Below are positions 1-14,956 of a stretch of 64,000 nt of DNA, piece by piece (within the stretch, counting starts at the first letter, position 1; each line of letters opens with the position of its first letter). The translations under genes were made by a program, and so were the position numbers. The notes under the pieces are model-generated. The model saw only the letters and a program-made list of their open reading frames with translations. It made no database searches and was not told the origin of the DNA. The DNA comes from Bugula neritina. Its lineage: Eukaryota > Animalia > Bryozoa. The DNA lies in assembly GCA_964035545.1 (NCBI GenBank), contig OZ037765.1, positions 15,996,995-16,060,994 on the forward strand. The letters run 5' to 3'.

Positions 1-31
1 CACAGGTTTGAATAAAGCTACTAATTTATAC

Positions 32-3000
32 CTTGTTCGAACATCTTATTGCAAAGAGAAGTGCCAATAAAGAAATATATGTAGGAGATGAGCTGATGAG
101 ACACTGCTTTACTTAGCTGCATGTCATCACACATTTCCATTATCATAGACATGCAGTCTAAAGTGTGTTTCATAGTCGGGCGATCGTTATCCACCACCCT
201 ACTGAATGGGTTGTCAGTTAGGACCAAGTCTAGCATAGGGTACAATATCTACAAATAGACATCAAAGAGTAGAAAGAAAAACAGTAACTTGTCTTATATT
301 TCTTATTAGTTGTCAAGTCAAACATTTGGGTAAAAGTTGCACATCACAAAATGGTTATCTATAATAAGCTATTTAGTATTCGCCTATATATACCAGAGTT
401 ACTGATTTGATATATTACTTGAAACTGCAAGTAAAGTGCTGCTTAAGATCAAGTACTAAGAAAATATTTGTGAACCAAATTCCCCAAACACTCAATGAAC
501 AGCTTTTTCTGAACCAAACTCAGATGATAGAATTATACTGAATAGTAACAACACAGAGGGCAGCAACTAACAAGGCTGAAAAGCTTACAGCATATGATGT
601 TCTTTTTTCTTATACTTTTAAACTTATTTTAGGGAAATTTACAACTGATTTGTAGCCAGATAACAATACCTTAGTGAGATGGTAAACAACTTGTTGAAAG
701 CTATAGATGATAGCATCAGAAAGGATGTTCATAGCTTCATCCAAGACATCAGTGCCCCTCATAGCATCAGAGAATGCAGATTGATTCATTGAGACATAAC
801 CTCGAAGCTCTATGCAATTAGCCATCCATAGCAAAACAGCTTGCATATGAGGTTGGACCAGTGTGAGGCATTCTACTGGATCAAAGCTGAAACAGAAGAT
901 TTGCAGTACAGCCTATTATGAGATATACCCCACATGGTCATAAACAAATATTTGTGATATATAAAACCATGTAACCATGCAATTATTTTCTTACTAAAAA
1001 AGCAAATCTCTACCTGTTAATCTTGTTGATGCAAGTTTGGAGAGATTTCGTGACTTCCTGTGAAAAATAAAGAATGCGAAATAAAAGCATTGCTTTATTA
1101 TAGTTGTTTTATTCCGGAACTTAGTGGTAAATTCTGATTCATTAAATGCAACAACTGATTATGTTCTGAGTGTTCTAAATGCTCTTTTGGAAAGGACAAA
1201 TTGTGTTACATGTACTTAGAAAAATATATGAAATGCCTTTGCTTACCAACACAGTGACCTGGAATTCAGAGCATAAGGTGGACACAAATTCAGACACTTC
1301 ACTTGCATCCATAGCCTGCAGGCCATGTTCCAATGCAAGAATCAACAAATATGCAGGTGTTAGCTTGTACCCAGCTTCTGAGTGACTCATTGTTGCAAAG
1401 ACTTTAGTCAGGAGTTCCTGCTGTCTATTTGGTGTAAAAGAGAGGGTGGGCCCAGCATGTGCCGGGGAGTGTGGAAACTGTGCTTCTTCACTTTCCGGAG
1501 TGAGTCGAGCTGGACTCTCAGGAGATGCTGTATCTTTACTTGCAGCAGTTGGATCTTTGAACAGAAATATATAGTGCTGACCAATGGTGATAATGTCGCC
1601 TGTGAAAATGTTGACTTTGCTGGAAATCTCTTTGTCATTCACTCGGACATATGCACCAGGGAATGGAGCTATGCTGATATACTTGTACTCTGTCTCATTA
1701 TCCGTATCATACTCTTTGCACACCCAGCAATGTTGCTGGTGTACGTCAGGAGCATACAGTCTAATAGTACATTTATCTTTATCCTCAGAGCTGCCAACAA
1801 TTGATGTAGCATTCGTGATTAAATGAAGTACAGCATCACGGTTAGCATTGTATGGCCCAACTGTGAGAAAATATGGGCAATCTCTGGGAAATTTGAACAA
1901 ATGATGGCTAGTAGAATTGGCCAAATTTCCTTCTCCTTCACCTGATTGGTAAGCTTCTCTCCTCGACTCTTTCAAGCCATCTGCCAATTCATCGACTGGA
2001 TCGGGTGGCAATGCCTGATTTTTGATTTCAAATCGTCTAGATAAACCCTCCGATGGTTTCATCATGGATATGAGTAAGAGTGGCTTCTCTGTGTCGTTCA
2101 TACTTCTAGTATAGTCAGTCAGCCATAGACCCTCACATTCTCTCCCAATCACGTCATACAGGCAATAATCATCCATCCTTGACAGAGAAATGTTACATTC
2201 ATCTAGAGTGTCCGCAATCAGATCTGTGGCAGTCATAGACCCATCAATTGGTATGACTACTTTCTCCCTCCCAATGTCTGCACTGTCCCCATGTATAGTC
2301 ACAAACTCCTCACTACCATCAATTGCTAGCATGTTGGACACCGTGTTGGCCTTTGACAGTTGAGCTGTGTGCTTTTTGATTTTTAACAATTTTCCAGCTT
2401 TGGAAGAGCTATTTGCAGATTTAGCGGTTGTTACTAGGGAGTTATTTATTGACGTTTCCGATTTACGAGACGATGCATCAGACTTTCTCCGTGAACCAAT
2501 ACTGCTACTATCTGATTTTTGTCTACCATGAAAATTTGAGCCAGGACCCACAGGATCTGAGACTTTTGAAGTGCTGGTCAAGTGTGATGAGAGATTTCCT
2601 AACTGCAAACATTCGAAACCACATCCATAAACTTAACAAATTTACACATCATTTGAGTTTTACTGTCAATTTGGTAGAGCAGTGAGTGTAAGATATATAA
2701 TCTACACATAGTGTAGAAGATGGTAACATAACCTAAATTAATACAGAGTAAAATTCAGTCAAGGAAACTTCAAGAGATAAATGCAGCATTTAAGCCTCAG
2801 AAATGTTACCAAACATTGTGAGGAACACATTATTTAGTCTGTCTAAAAATCTACCATCAATCTTGGGTGTTGCCCACAGGAAATGTGACTAACTTAAAAA
2901 ACATGAGGTTTTTATTTAGCTTTGTGAATACTAAAGTAAGATGTACACAGAATTTGGCAATATTATAGTCAACATTACTTTGGAAAAAAGTGATTTTTAG

Positions 3001-6000
3001 GATGACATCCTCATCACTTCTTTTCTTTTGAATTTTAGCCAGTATGGGACTTGGCTAGCAGTAGAAAATGGCAGACAAGCACAAAGGAGTTTGATACTTG
3101 TAATTAGTTGGCAAGGAGACAAGATTAGACAACTCAGCAAAGAGCTGAATAAATATTGTAAACTATGTAATCTAAAATAATCATCATATTCTAGAATCTA
3201 GAATGTTCACTAGGCAATGAATAAAGTTAGGAAACTATTTAGCATATATTGACCAATTAACTGGTCAAAAAGCATTAAATGAAGGCAGAAATGAGCAGGT
3301 TTTGTGGGAGTAACGTTACACAGTATAGAAAAAATAACTAAGTAAAAAACAGACTAATGTCTATTTTCACTCTCCTAGTATGGAAGGTGACTGATTAATA
3401 GCACCTTTCACAAAGAATTGCAAAGAATGAAAATATACAGCATTAGTGTATCACCAGTGAAACGATTTTTCACAACTTACATAAAGATTGCATATGGAAT
3501 ATTATCTTCCGACAAAGCCATTAGATAGTGATAGTTACAACCTACAGCCCCTTGCATATTATCCATATTATACTAAACTCTTTCTACGTGTTTTTTAAAA
3601 TATGAAATGAGAATAAATCACTTGATATGACTACAATGTTGTATTATACCAGTGCATGATTTACCCTGTCTTTTGACTTCACTTTATTCAACTTTTTCTT
3701 CATGGCAGCAAAAAAGCTGTTAGGCTGATTTAATGTAACAGGTTCTTCTAGCAATGCAGGATCTTCACCTTCTTGGTAAACTTTTAACACAAACTGAATG
3801 TGTTGAGTAGCCATAAGTGCCAAAACTAGGGGATACTCTTCTTCCCTGACCGGCCACTCTCCTGGAAACATCAGGTTATATTATGTGTAGTTTGTAGTAT
3901 GTAGTGAAGTGTAGTGAGTAGTATGTAGTGAAGTGTAGTGAGTAGTATGTAGTGAAGTGTAGTGAGTAGTATGTAGTGAAGTGTAGTGAGTAGTATGTAG
4001 TGAAGTGTAGTGAGTAGTATGTAGTGAAGTGTAGTGTGTAGTATGTAGTGAAGTGTAGTGTGTAGTATATAGTATAGTGTAGTGTGTAGTATATAGTATA
4101 GTGTAGTGCAGTATGTAGTGTAGTGTGTAGTACGCAATGTAGTGTGTAGTGTATTGTAGGGTGTAGTATGTAGTGTAGTGTGTAGTCTAGTGTAGCGTGT
4201 AGTCTAGTGTAGCGTGTAGTCTAGTGTGTAGTACGTGGTGTAGTGTGTAGTATGCAGTGTAGTGTCTAGTGTGTAGTGTATCGTGTAGTACATAGTGTAG
4301 TGTAGCGTCTAGTATGTAGTGTAATATAGCATGTATAGGGTAGCGTATAATGTAGTATGTAGTGTAACATGTAGTGTAGCATGTAGTAGTGCATGTAGTA
4401 TGTAGTGTAGCATATAGTGTCAGTGCATGAGATGCAGAGTATAACAATAAAGTGAACATAATGAACTGAAAAATTCAAGCCTTTCAATTATCTTTTTGTG
4501 CTTTTAATAATATTCATGACAAATTAGTTCCTCATAACAGAAATATTTCCATCAGTAAACCACTACTAGAATTAAATACAATGATTAGGGTGGCTCCCCC
4601 TATTTCCTATATATAGAAATGTCTCTATCAGTAGTGAGCTAGCTGGCTTCTTCACTACAAACATTTATAGAGGGAGGAAAAAGTTCCCAACGTGAGGTAA
4701 TAAAAATATTCAGTTTTGGAGGTTTTCCAGAGCCAAACAAATAAAACTCCAACACTATCCATTACCAGCACAGATTTAATGTTAGTAGCTGACAGGCCTT
4801 TGCCTTCTATTAAATAATATCAAGTTTTCCTTCTAAACTTAGAACCTACTATTATTTATATGTATATTTTATATACTCTCACATTACTGCATGAAAAATA
4901 GCTAGTTATTATAAAACTTTATAAACTAGACATTTCTGAATTTAATGTATTATATTTTCTCCACAAATCAATATTAATAACAAAAAATAATTTAAGCATA
5001 TAAAGAACATCAAAAGAAGAAATGTTTACAGAGAACTCTATGTTCATGGTTTGAATTTAAAGATTAAGCATTGGAACAGACAAATGGCCAACATTGGTTG
5101 AAGCAAAGTTGAAAGTATTGCTAATTTTTGCAGCAGACTTATGAGAAAGATGTAATGCATAATCAGCTATTAGTTGTAGACTATAAACTGTTAGTTTTAA
5201 GTTAGGGCCCTGCAACATTTCCGATGCAAATTTATCACTTTTGGTTTCTAGAATCCCCATGGAAGACAGTGTGAGCAAAACAAATAGTTGAACTGATTAT
5301 TGAAAATTACCAACAGGTTAAATCTTTTCAATGGAAATTCTTTCAAGTTCAAAATATTTAGATAGAGGAGACAACAGCAGCATTAGAAGATATTAGAAAA
5401 ATATTAGTTTCAAGAGTTAAAACATCCTTACTTAGTAATATGCCTAGTGTTGGGGGGTGTTTAAAATACTGCTTACATCACTAGTCTTGGCTATAAAAGA
5501 AACTTTGCTGTAAGAAATGTTTTGAAATGTACATCTTCACACTCACCATTGTCCTTCACTGCATACAGAAGAGGTACAAGGTTGCCAGACTCCACCCCAG
5601 CTGTGAGATTAAATTTCTCTAGTAATATGGGTTTCAGATCCTTCCAGGAAGTGGAGCTGGTCACCTTGACAGCTTTGGTGAAGTTATTGTCAGCATGAAC
5701 CAAAAAGAACCTTAGACACCCTTCATATTCCACTGTGTCCTATCAACAAAAATCATGAGCAAAAGATTATTACATCATCTATTTATAAACACGTGTGATT
5801 CATAACCCAATAAGTTCAAACAGATAACCCAGTGATGTTTATCATTATAATCAACAAATGCAAATATTTCCTTTTCCTTATTGGAGCATATACATAGCTT
5901 GTGTTTGAAGTTACATTTTATAACACTGATATGACTCTGTACTATAAACTAGTACGTTGTTATGCTGTCAAAATGGCTCTTACCAATAGCATGGTGGTGA

Positions 6001-9000
6001 TTATAGATAGCAAATATGGTGGGATTTGCAATATTTATACAAATAAAAGAATTTAAACCAGAAGAAAATAAACGAAAAACAGTTTTTAGTTTGTGGTACA
6101 TTTAGAGAAATAGTATAGTGTAGAAGGTATAGGTAAGGGAACACAGATTTTACAAATCCAATATTTTTCAACTCTTCAACATTGCTTTATTTGCCCAAAT
6201 ACTGAATAGATTTAATATCTAAATACTAGATTGCTGGCGAGTGATGAATATTTATAGACGTTTGAAAAACTGAGTATGGGATAGCTCGAGTTTCAAAGAC
6301 TGGTGTGGGTTTTTGTTTGAGGAGGACCTACAGATCTATTCAAAGAGTTGCTCGGTGCTCTAGAATCTAGATTGTTAGCATACATCACAGTTTTGTGAGC
6401 AACAACAAAACTATTCCATCAAAGGGAGGCAGATTTTAACATAATGATCAGCCAGGAAATAATTTATCCAAAATCTCTTTCCTGCACTTTATAACTGCAC
6501 TGCAAGATATGATGACCAGCACTTAGGATGCTGCTACTGGGTACTGCTAGCATCAACTGGATGAGTTCCTAGGAGAGCTTGAGTTACTGTAATATGTTTA
6601 TTACTTTTACAGTTACTTAGAAATAGATTATGGGGGGAATAGCTTACTTGTACCCAGATCACTTGGCCTTATGTAATCAATAAAACATTCAGGTCAGCCT
6701 GTGATGTCTACTGAATATTATTTTCTCATTACTTTGAGCCATACAGGTGTCCTATAATATCAGACTCAACCCTCTATACTTCACACTCTATATTCTATAC
6801 TCTATAGTCTATAATACTCTATATTCTATACTCTATAGTCTATAATACTCTATAGTCTATAATACTCTATAGTCTATACTCTATATGTACAACGCAGAGC
6901 AGCAATAACTCAAGACCAATGCAAATGTACAGTGGAGTATTGGTAAACATTCATCCTCTGCTTACCCCTGGACACACCTCACCACTCCTCAAAGTGTTTA
7001 CCATGTTCTCCAGGAGCACTGATTACTTTACCAGTGTTTTTATATTACCTATTGGAGCCTTGGAACATTATATCAATACTATCCATAATAATAAACTATC
7101 CACAACAACATAACTATCTACAATGTATATTATTACACTATTCATAACTGTTAGGTGCGGAGTAGCAGTTTTCCCCAAGCTTTGGGTTAGAATATTTGAT
7201 TTTGCATTGGCAGCATAATTAACAACTTCTCAAGCACCAAATTACACTCTGAAGAAGAGGCTCTGCATCCACATTCATATGTTTAGAATTCCTAAAACTT
7301 AAATACTGTCAATTTTTCATAGAAATAGGACCATAGTAGGAGTCAATATGAATATGGATCTTTATTTTAGGTAATTAAATTTAGTGAGTGTGAATAATTA
7401 GCCATTCTTACCTTTTGTTTGATCAATAATAAACACACCTCTAAGTTTCCAAAAATATGTTAAGATATATTTGCATATAACCACCATCATATTCATATAT
7501 ATAAATATAGTTTTTAAAATATTTGTTTGAAACAGCAAATACAAAAGCAGTTAAACTAAAATTAATACCAGAGTAACAATGAATTGTGGCAAAGTTCTTT
7601 CAGAGTCATGCTGAGAGAGTGAGATACCAGTTTACCTACCTTGATTATAACTGTCCATTTTCATAAAAGTTTTATAAAATTTATAAAAACTTTATAAATA
7701 AAGCTAATAATGGGAAAAATTAGGGTATGCTTTTATGAAATATTGATGTGATCATAAACATTGATCCAAGAGGAAGAACGACATTTGGCGACAAGGGGAT
7801 ATTATTTTGAAACAGGCTTAATAAAAAGATTGTTATTCTATAATTTTATCATTTATGTGAAAAAGTAGGTACATTTGAAATAACTGATTAATATACTACT
7901 TATTCATGAATTTTTTTTTTAATTCAATGAACACAAAAGAACTCAACTATTCGAACCATTCGAACTACCATTTCTCAGTGAAGATTCTATGCCAATATTG
8001 TGTTTTGTATTAGTACATTGCATGACTAAGATATCAGTTGAAATCATTTTTATTTAATGATTGGCCTACACATTTAATCACACAACTTCACCCACTTCTA
8101 CCACTTATAATCTGTTGCTTGCCTTTATAGCTATATTGTAAACTTTACCCCTCCCACTGACTGCAATGGTGCTTATAACTACAAGTAACTGTAATTTGAA
8201 TAAATAACCTATGAAAAGATGCCTGCAGCACCAACACTACTTAGTTCTGCTTCCATATATCCTGCAAACTCTAAAGTAGATAATATATAAACACTTTACT
8301 GTCTAGTATCTATTACTACTGTATCATCAACTTCTAAAATCTATGCAATGGGTTGACATGACCATTATTTAATCATTATTATACATATTATGCTTGCTAA
8401 TAACATTGTCTTGGAAGTTGGTAAAACAGTTTCAGCTTCACGAACAGATGTTCTGCAGATTCCACAGCTAATCTGTATATTCTGTAACTAATCCTTAGCA
8501 ACAAAAACCTATTATTGTTTTCCATTTAAATCTGCAGTATTCAAGTTATGTCACCGTGGAATTATTGCATCATTGCTGATTAGATGCGTTATTGTAATGA
8601 TAATTATCACTATAATAATATGATTAAAAGACAATGGTTCAAAAAAGAGTTGAAAGAAAGTTCAGTAGGGGCCACAATCAATACTGATATTGTTGAATTG
8701 CTATTGAATCTCATTACAAATCATAATCTTCACTGATAGGATTGTGATTCAGAAGTATGCAGCTTGTGTACCAGGACTCTAATCATCATGAATCATAGAG
8801 ACTACAACACAACTTTGTGTATTTGGATATCTGCACTAACTGTAGGCTACTGACAGATGCAGTTTCAAAAAGTAGAAAACGTTCAATAGTATGGTTAGCT
8901 ACATGTTATACTACCCATACCAACAGCAGTGTAAACCCTTGCAGCACCAACTTGCTTAACAGTGTGGCAGGCACCTTAATTCACTGCATTACTACGCCAA

Positions 9001-10629
9001 CCACCAAAAGGTGGGCAGTAGAAAACTTACTTATTACAGTGATATTGACAAAAGTTCACAATTAGGAGTGTAGACAAGTTTTTACTATATTTTTTGATTT
9101 GATTTTCAAATTATATGATCTCCAAATGCTGTTTCAACCAATGGGGGAAACTCTCAAAGTTTCACCTGACCAAGAGATTACTTGAGATTGAAGGTTGAAG
9201 GTTTGTATTTGGGGCAAACTTGCTTTATTTCAAATACACAAAGCCTCTTTTACTACAAATGTTTATTACAGCTGAGGCTATACGATTCCTTCATCAGAGT
9301 TTGCCAATTATAAATGAAGGTATAAAAATAAATAAAGAGCAGGACATGGGAAATAAATTGTTTTCTATGTATTGCAGAAATTTCAGAAATTCAACAAAGT
9401 ATATTTTATGGCCAAAAAAGTTTTGTGAAAAGCTGTTCTATAAATTTCATACAGAATGCCAGCTAATGCTTATGGATAGTTTCCTTTTATTGTGAATCTC
9501 CTAATTTCAAGTGTGATAATCTGTAGAATATATTGCAAAAAATTGCAGTTAACTAAAACAGGATAACAGATTGGTTTGGGCAGCTAATGATTTTGTTATT
9601 TAAACTATGATCCTGAAAGCTTGCTAGTTCTATGGCCTAAGCAATAGAAAGTTCTCTAAGTTGTTTAGAACTTCCTAGGACTTCTCAATAATGGGTAGTT
9701 TATAGTTCTAAAGTAATTAGTCGGAGTAAAACTCTAACAGCAAATTATTTTAATTATTAAACTTGAGACCTAGTTATCACTAAAGTCTTCTGGTTTCATA
9801 TACTTCTGTGAATTGTACTATAACATACATTAGTAAATGTAATTAGGTATGTTTTTGTGGTTCCAATTAATCCTCACTCCTTAGGACTTATGACTGGATC
9901 ACTATGTCTACGAATTGCCTTGTTCTGAAAATTCATTTAATAGCTGTAAATATCTGTAGTATATTGCATGTAGTATATCCATAACTTACAACTGGTGGGT
10001 AAATTCAGTTTATTTTGGGTACAGTTACTACAAATTTTAATGGCCCAGGTTCTTTAATTGCCTATAAATTTTGGTTTAAGGTGTTGGTGAAAAATGTGGC
10101 AAAGACTGAATATTTTCCATATTCCTCACATGCTTCTCAAACACAGGCTTTTTAGAAGTTCTGTAATACTGCACTTACCTTTATTATACCATCACCATGA
10201 CAGCTATAAATATTCAGCTATTCTACTAGTATTATAGAGTGTGATTAAAACAATTGATAGTGACTGTGAAAACCTTTTAAGTAAAGTAGTTGTGTTTTGT
10301 CTCTAAACTCTAGAGTTAGCTCTAAACAAAAACAAGTCTGAGTCCAAATCAATTTGGTGTAATTGCTTAAAGTTTAACGGTACTTGATCGACAATCACGG
10401 TAGTCTGCGTTTTGGTGTAAATGATCGAAATTTTGGGATTTGGGGTTGAATCTCAAATCTAAAGTTTTGCCCAAGTTATTGAGGTAAAATGGCTACAATC
10501 CTGTGTAGATATTAGGCTTACCTCTGATATAAAGTTCCCTCTGATGTGAAATGTAGGTAAATTTATCCTACGATTGTACTCTTCAACTTTTCCAATAAGG
10601 GAATGCATATCTGTGAATCCTAGCGCCAT
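32..10629 (-). CDS. RADIL: RADIL/afadin-like Ras-associating and dilute domain protein (RA1-RA2-FHA-DIL); 3' end lies beyond the left edge of the window
   Basis: Phase-consistent GT-AG exons: 10629-10522 (MALGFTDMHSLIGKVEEYNRR...), 5739-5547, 3861-3665, 2602-1247, 1057-1014, 886-670, 248-32. RA1 (EYEGCLRFF...TKAVKVTSSTSWKDLKPILLEKF...EYPLVL...FVLK) resembles the afadin N-terminal RA. RA2 (YCLYDVIG...EKPLLLISMMKPSEGLSRRFEIK) resembles RADIL/RASIP1. FHA-like segment (PDVHQQHCWV...GDIITIGQHYIFLFKDP). DIL motif LLWMANCIEL...YSFQQVVYHLTK. The symbol is tentative. Confidence 0.8.
3884..4420. repeat. GTAGT-rich micro/minisatellite including a 24-bp unit array (gtagtatgtagtgaagtgtagtga)
   Basis: Directly visible tandem repeats; several exact 24-bp copies at ~3895-4060 decay into (GTAGT/GTGTA)n. 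Confidence 0.95.
6771..6885. repeat. CTCTATA-based short tandem repeat (unit ~ctctatagtctataata)
   Basis: Visible tandem repetition in an intron of the RADIL-like gene. Confidence 0.85.
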
Positions 10630-13600
10630 TTCTCACTCTTCTTTGTCTTTAAATGGTTGGACCTGATCTTTAAATCTGTCTCCTTTTACTGTTAGTGCCC
10701 TATCACTTTCCACCATGTATGACCTAATTGAATGCATGCGTGTAAATGTACATTCAAAATGACTAGTTTGACAAGGCCGTAAGTGCAATATCACTACTAA
10801 GACTTGCTAGCTTATTTGGTTCTGTTAGAAAAATGAAATGGTAACGGTAATGGCAATTAGCATATCCAGCGCTAGAGGTTTAGTAATACATCTAGTTATG
10901 CGTCACGATTCATTGCCCACGGTGATGGTAAATAGGCAACGTACCAGCTTATTTTCAGTTATGAACATTACTAACAGATATGCACTGCCATCACGCAAGG
11001 TGATGGTGAAGCTGCGGAACCTAGTTACGAGTTGGGCAACACTATAGTAATGGTGAACAACAGCAACTGCCAACGTTCAACAGTCATCAGATCATGCTTA
11101 CTTTTCACAGAACTTACATTGGAATCCCTTAGGCTTGCCCGCTTAGGCTTTGGGGAAAATAATCTTAATGAAGCTAAATGACACACAAAAATAAATATCT
11201 AGTGTAAAACCTGATACAAAAATCAAGGAATGTGATGATTATAAGCAATAATGACATTAGATTTACACACATATCATCTAGAATTATATTAGATATGTAT
11301 GTAGGTATGTCATGTTAATATTGATGCTAATATTAATAACTATAAGTATAAGTAATATTGAGATGCCTACTGACACTGTTGGTGTTAACCTCTTCGTTTA
11401 CAGAAACTTGAGTAACAGATGTTAATTATAATATACTAGTACTACAAACCCACCCTGTTGAATTTCAAAGTACCAGTAAAATTTCTCAATAGTTGGTAAC
11501 TGTTATACTGCGTGCAGGTCGAGCCTTGGATCACGTAGTAGCACTAGTAGTATAGTCTAACTACTCGCTAACCAAGGCGACCTGCCTGAGTAAATTAATT
11601 GGTCCCATAACTTCACTGCGACAGCCACATTTTCCTTTTAGCTGTTGTAGGCTGGGGTCAGAGGTCATCAGGTCAACATTATAAAAACGCATGAATGGAT
11701 TTGCCACTCTTGGTACCAATGTGCTTGTATTAGAACTGACTTTTGTTGTTTTTATATAAAAACAGTCTTAACAAGTGATGCTAAAAGCTTATAGCTTCGC
11801 TTTATTTCCTAAACTTAATTTACATTTTAGAGTTTGAGGTGGGAGGAGACGTTAAATGTTTGAGAACCACAAATAAGTGTTAGATATAAGGGGTAATGAT
11901 CAAAGTCTACTTGTACTGCTTAAAATTAACTTTTCTCTTTTGCTTAAATGACCAAGACAGCATAAGGAGTAGTAAAATGAAAATAGTATACAAAAATGGT
12001 ATATAGTTTCACTATTATTTGATCTACGTTTTTATCTATACAGATTTGTGCATATAATAGTCCTTCTAATTTATTTCCAAAAATCAAATTTTGGCATTTC
12101 AGTAAAGCTGATATAAAAATTGTTTTGGAAAACCCTAACTAATGGATGCATTGCAGCAGTTTTTATTGTTTTTAGTGAAAATGTAGTCATCAATGTGGTC
12201 AAATTTTAATAGCCCAAGTCACATATTTAGTTATCTTTATATGCTTTGATTTAGGGGCAGGTTTAACTTCTTTGCTATATTTCTTATCTGGAACTCAGAC
12301 TTTTTTAAGTTTTTCTGTTACTGTACCTACTTACAGAGAGAGAATTAGTAGAGAATTAAAATAAGAAATACAGTGGTTGTTACGTTATGTGTTCATCCCA
12401 CCTCTTGGACACAAAGGTTTTGCTCTCATAGTTTGATCAGTATAATGCTTAGTATGCTACTTGGGTACATGCAGTATATATATCACATATGTAGTCCAAG
12501 TAACAACAAAGTTGTATACACATGTATACAAGTTTATGCAGTATCCTTTACACAACACAGTGTTACCAAATAAATATGTAGATTTTATATAATTGAGTGC
12601 ATGTCGCATGGATGAATTTTTATTTAAACCACTGGCCGAAAACTGGACACAGACTGTAAAATGGAACTGCTTTGTTTTAGGTTAACACAACTCTCTATAG
12701 TTTATAAAGTTTGAATGCTGAATCAATACTTTGAAAAGCTCTTTTAGAATTATTTGATTTACTGAGTAGGCTACTATATTTTTAATCTTAGTGTTTTATT
12801 TTTGCATTTGTATTAATAATCCTACATATCTTTTGTAAATTATGTTACTTTTAGATTCATGGGGCAATGGGACAAATTCTTATGTTGAGCAATCACATTT
12901 CTACAAAAGAAAACATGTAATCATTCATGGCAAACATTATTGTTTCCTATGTAAAGCATTGTTCCCTAATCCTTCGGTTCATGCCCATTCACACACTAGA
13001 GACACTTGAACTACTGCAGCTCACACAAACATGACTACTCTCAACCATCACATTTCACATATTTTCTAATTTTAGCTTGCACATTCCTTCGTCAACAACT
13101 GTTATAGACCATTGAAGAGTTGAGTTCTAAAGTCCATCAATATGAAATAAACAGCCAAATTAAATTTTTGCTGGATTTTGTAGGCTTTTTTCAAACATAC
13201 ACTGATGACCCACTTGGTAGCAAATGAAACACAAGTGAGATGCTCAAATCTGCTAAATGCAAAAAAAGTTTTAACAAAAACTACTTTTTTTGTGGTTGGT
13301 ATGCCTCAACTAATTGCAGTGATTGGGCCACCATTAGCCTTGATGAAAATGTTATATATCTTCAGAAGATATATATTTTTTTTTCTACCAACTACAACAA
13401 AACAAACTGTAAAGAAGCCAACAATTGTATTGTACGTTAATGACTAAGCCAAAACTAATATACGATTTCAAAAATCTAACCTTGGCTAAAGTCAAATGCA
13501 TAATATTATATAGGTAACAAATCAGCCCCTCACCATTTGCTCATGTTAGCGGCAGTTTTGATAGGGCAGACAACTCTTAGTTTCTAATTTAAAATTTGCT

Positions 13601-14956
13601 CTTGCATTACAATAATATAGCCTATAAATTATATTAAAGTTTTTTCTTAAGATTTTTGGTAATGGTTAGCAAAGAACCAATCAAGTAGGCTGTGTAACCA
13701 AACTGCTTTGCAAAGACCTATTTTGCCAACTGACAACTTTATAATGACGTCGATGTATGTGAACTGGATCATGTATGCATAAAGTATTTTATAAAATGTA
13801 CACCAAAATACTTGAAAAAGTAAAAATGTGTTGTTTTACTAAAGTGCATAACTTTGCACACAAGGTAAGTAATTAAACATCTTTATTTTTTATAAACATC
13901 AACTTTCAATATGTTTGTATTGTTACATGAATAACATTTACAATTTTAAGATTGCAGTGCAAGTTTGTGGAAAGAAGCTATTGTTAGAAAGCATTGAATT
14001 TAATGGATGCCGTGAGTGGAGCCAATCATTACCACATATAATGATAAAATAGTATTAAATCAGTTATCTCTGAAATATGACTTTGTAGTAAGCAGGGCAT
14101 AACTAAAACCACATTGGCTATAGATAAATTGTTGAGTAGTGCTCTGCAAAAATAGAAAGTATGTTCACATTTGACAAGGTTAGATTTATCTATCGCTAAA
14201 AGTAAATGCAATGAGAGAACAATTTTATTGACTGGTAGCATGCTCTGGAACCCTGCAGGGTTTCTAATAACATGTAGACTCTTGCTTGTTCATTGATAAT
14301 AATAGTTACAGCTGATAGAGTGTTATCAACTATAACTATAGGGTAAGGTATACAATAAATGACTTTACAAGTTCAATTAGACATTCTTAACATACCACCA
14401 TGTATATACTATATTGTACAATCAACACTGCATACTATAGTATACAAGATTATGTATACTATAATATACATAGTACTAAACAAGTTATGTTTAGGATGTT
14501 GAGAAAATTTGATTATAGAAGCCTTAAACTTTGCACCACCAAATCAACTAGCAAATCAAAACAAATGTTCCGGTGCAAAAAAACAAGGCTAACTCTGCAC
14601 AGGTAAGTATTCATTGTCATAGGATGAAAGTGGGAACTCTACTACAAGCAAAATTCAACAAGAGCACATGTGGCCCTGGACCATGTTACTCTTAGCAACC
14701 ATTTTAATGCTGACAAAAATAGAATGCTAATGCCGTCATACAGACACTCAATTAGTTTTTATTTCAGTATTTGGTGATTAATTTACAAGCTTGATAAAAT
14801 AATGTTTTGAGTGTAGCATGTTTATCTTGAGAAAAGAAATTTACTTCAATTTACTATATAAAAACATTGAACAGATGAAATTGTAAATCTCTTTGAAATA
14901 TGCATAGATGTGAGTGCCTTGATCTTATACAAGCTACAATAAATAAAACTTTTATA

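Noticed and set aside
1179-2685. Plus-strand ORFs antisense to the large RADIL-like exon (and similar antisense ORFs over RAB3GAP1, LINE and Gypsy sequence)
   Set aside because: Shadow ORFs of real coding sequence with no independent support.
3871-4487. ORFs with LLTTLHYI / CYTT repeats
   Set aside because: Translations of the GTAGT satellite; intronic, with no splice context.
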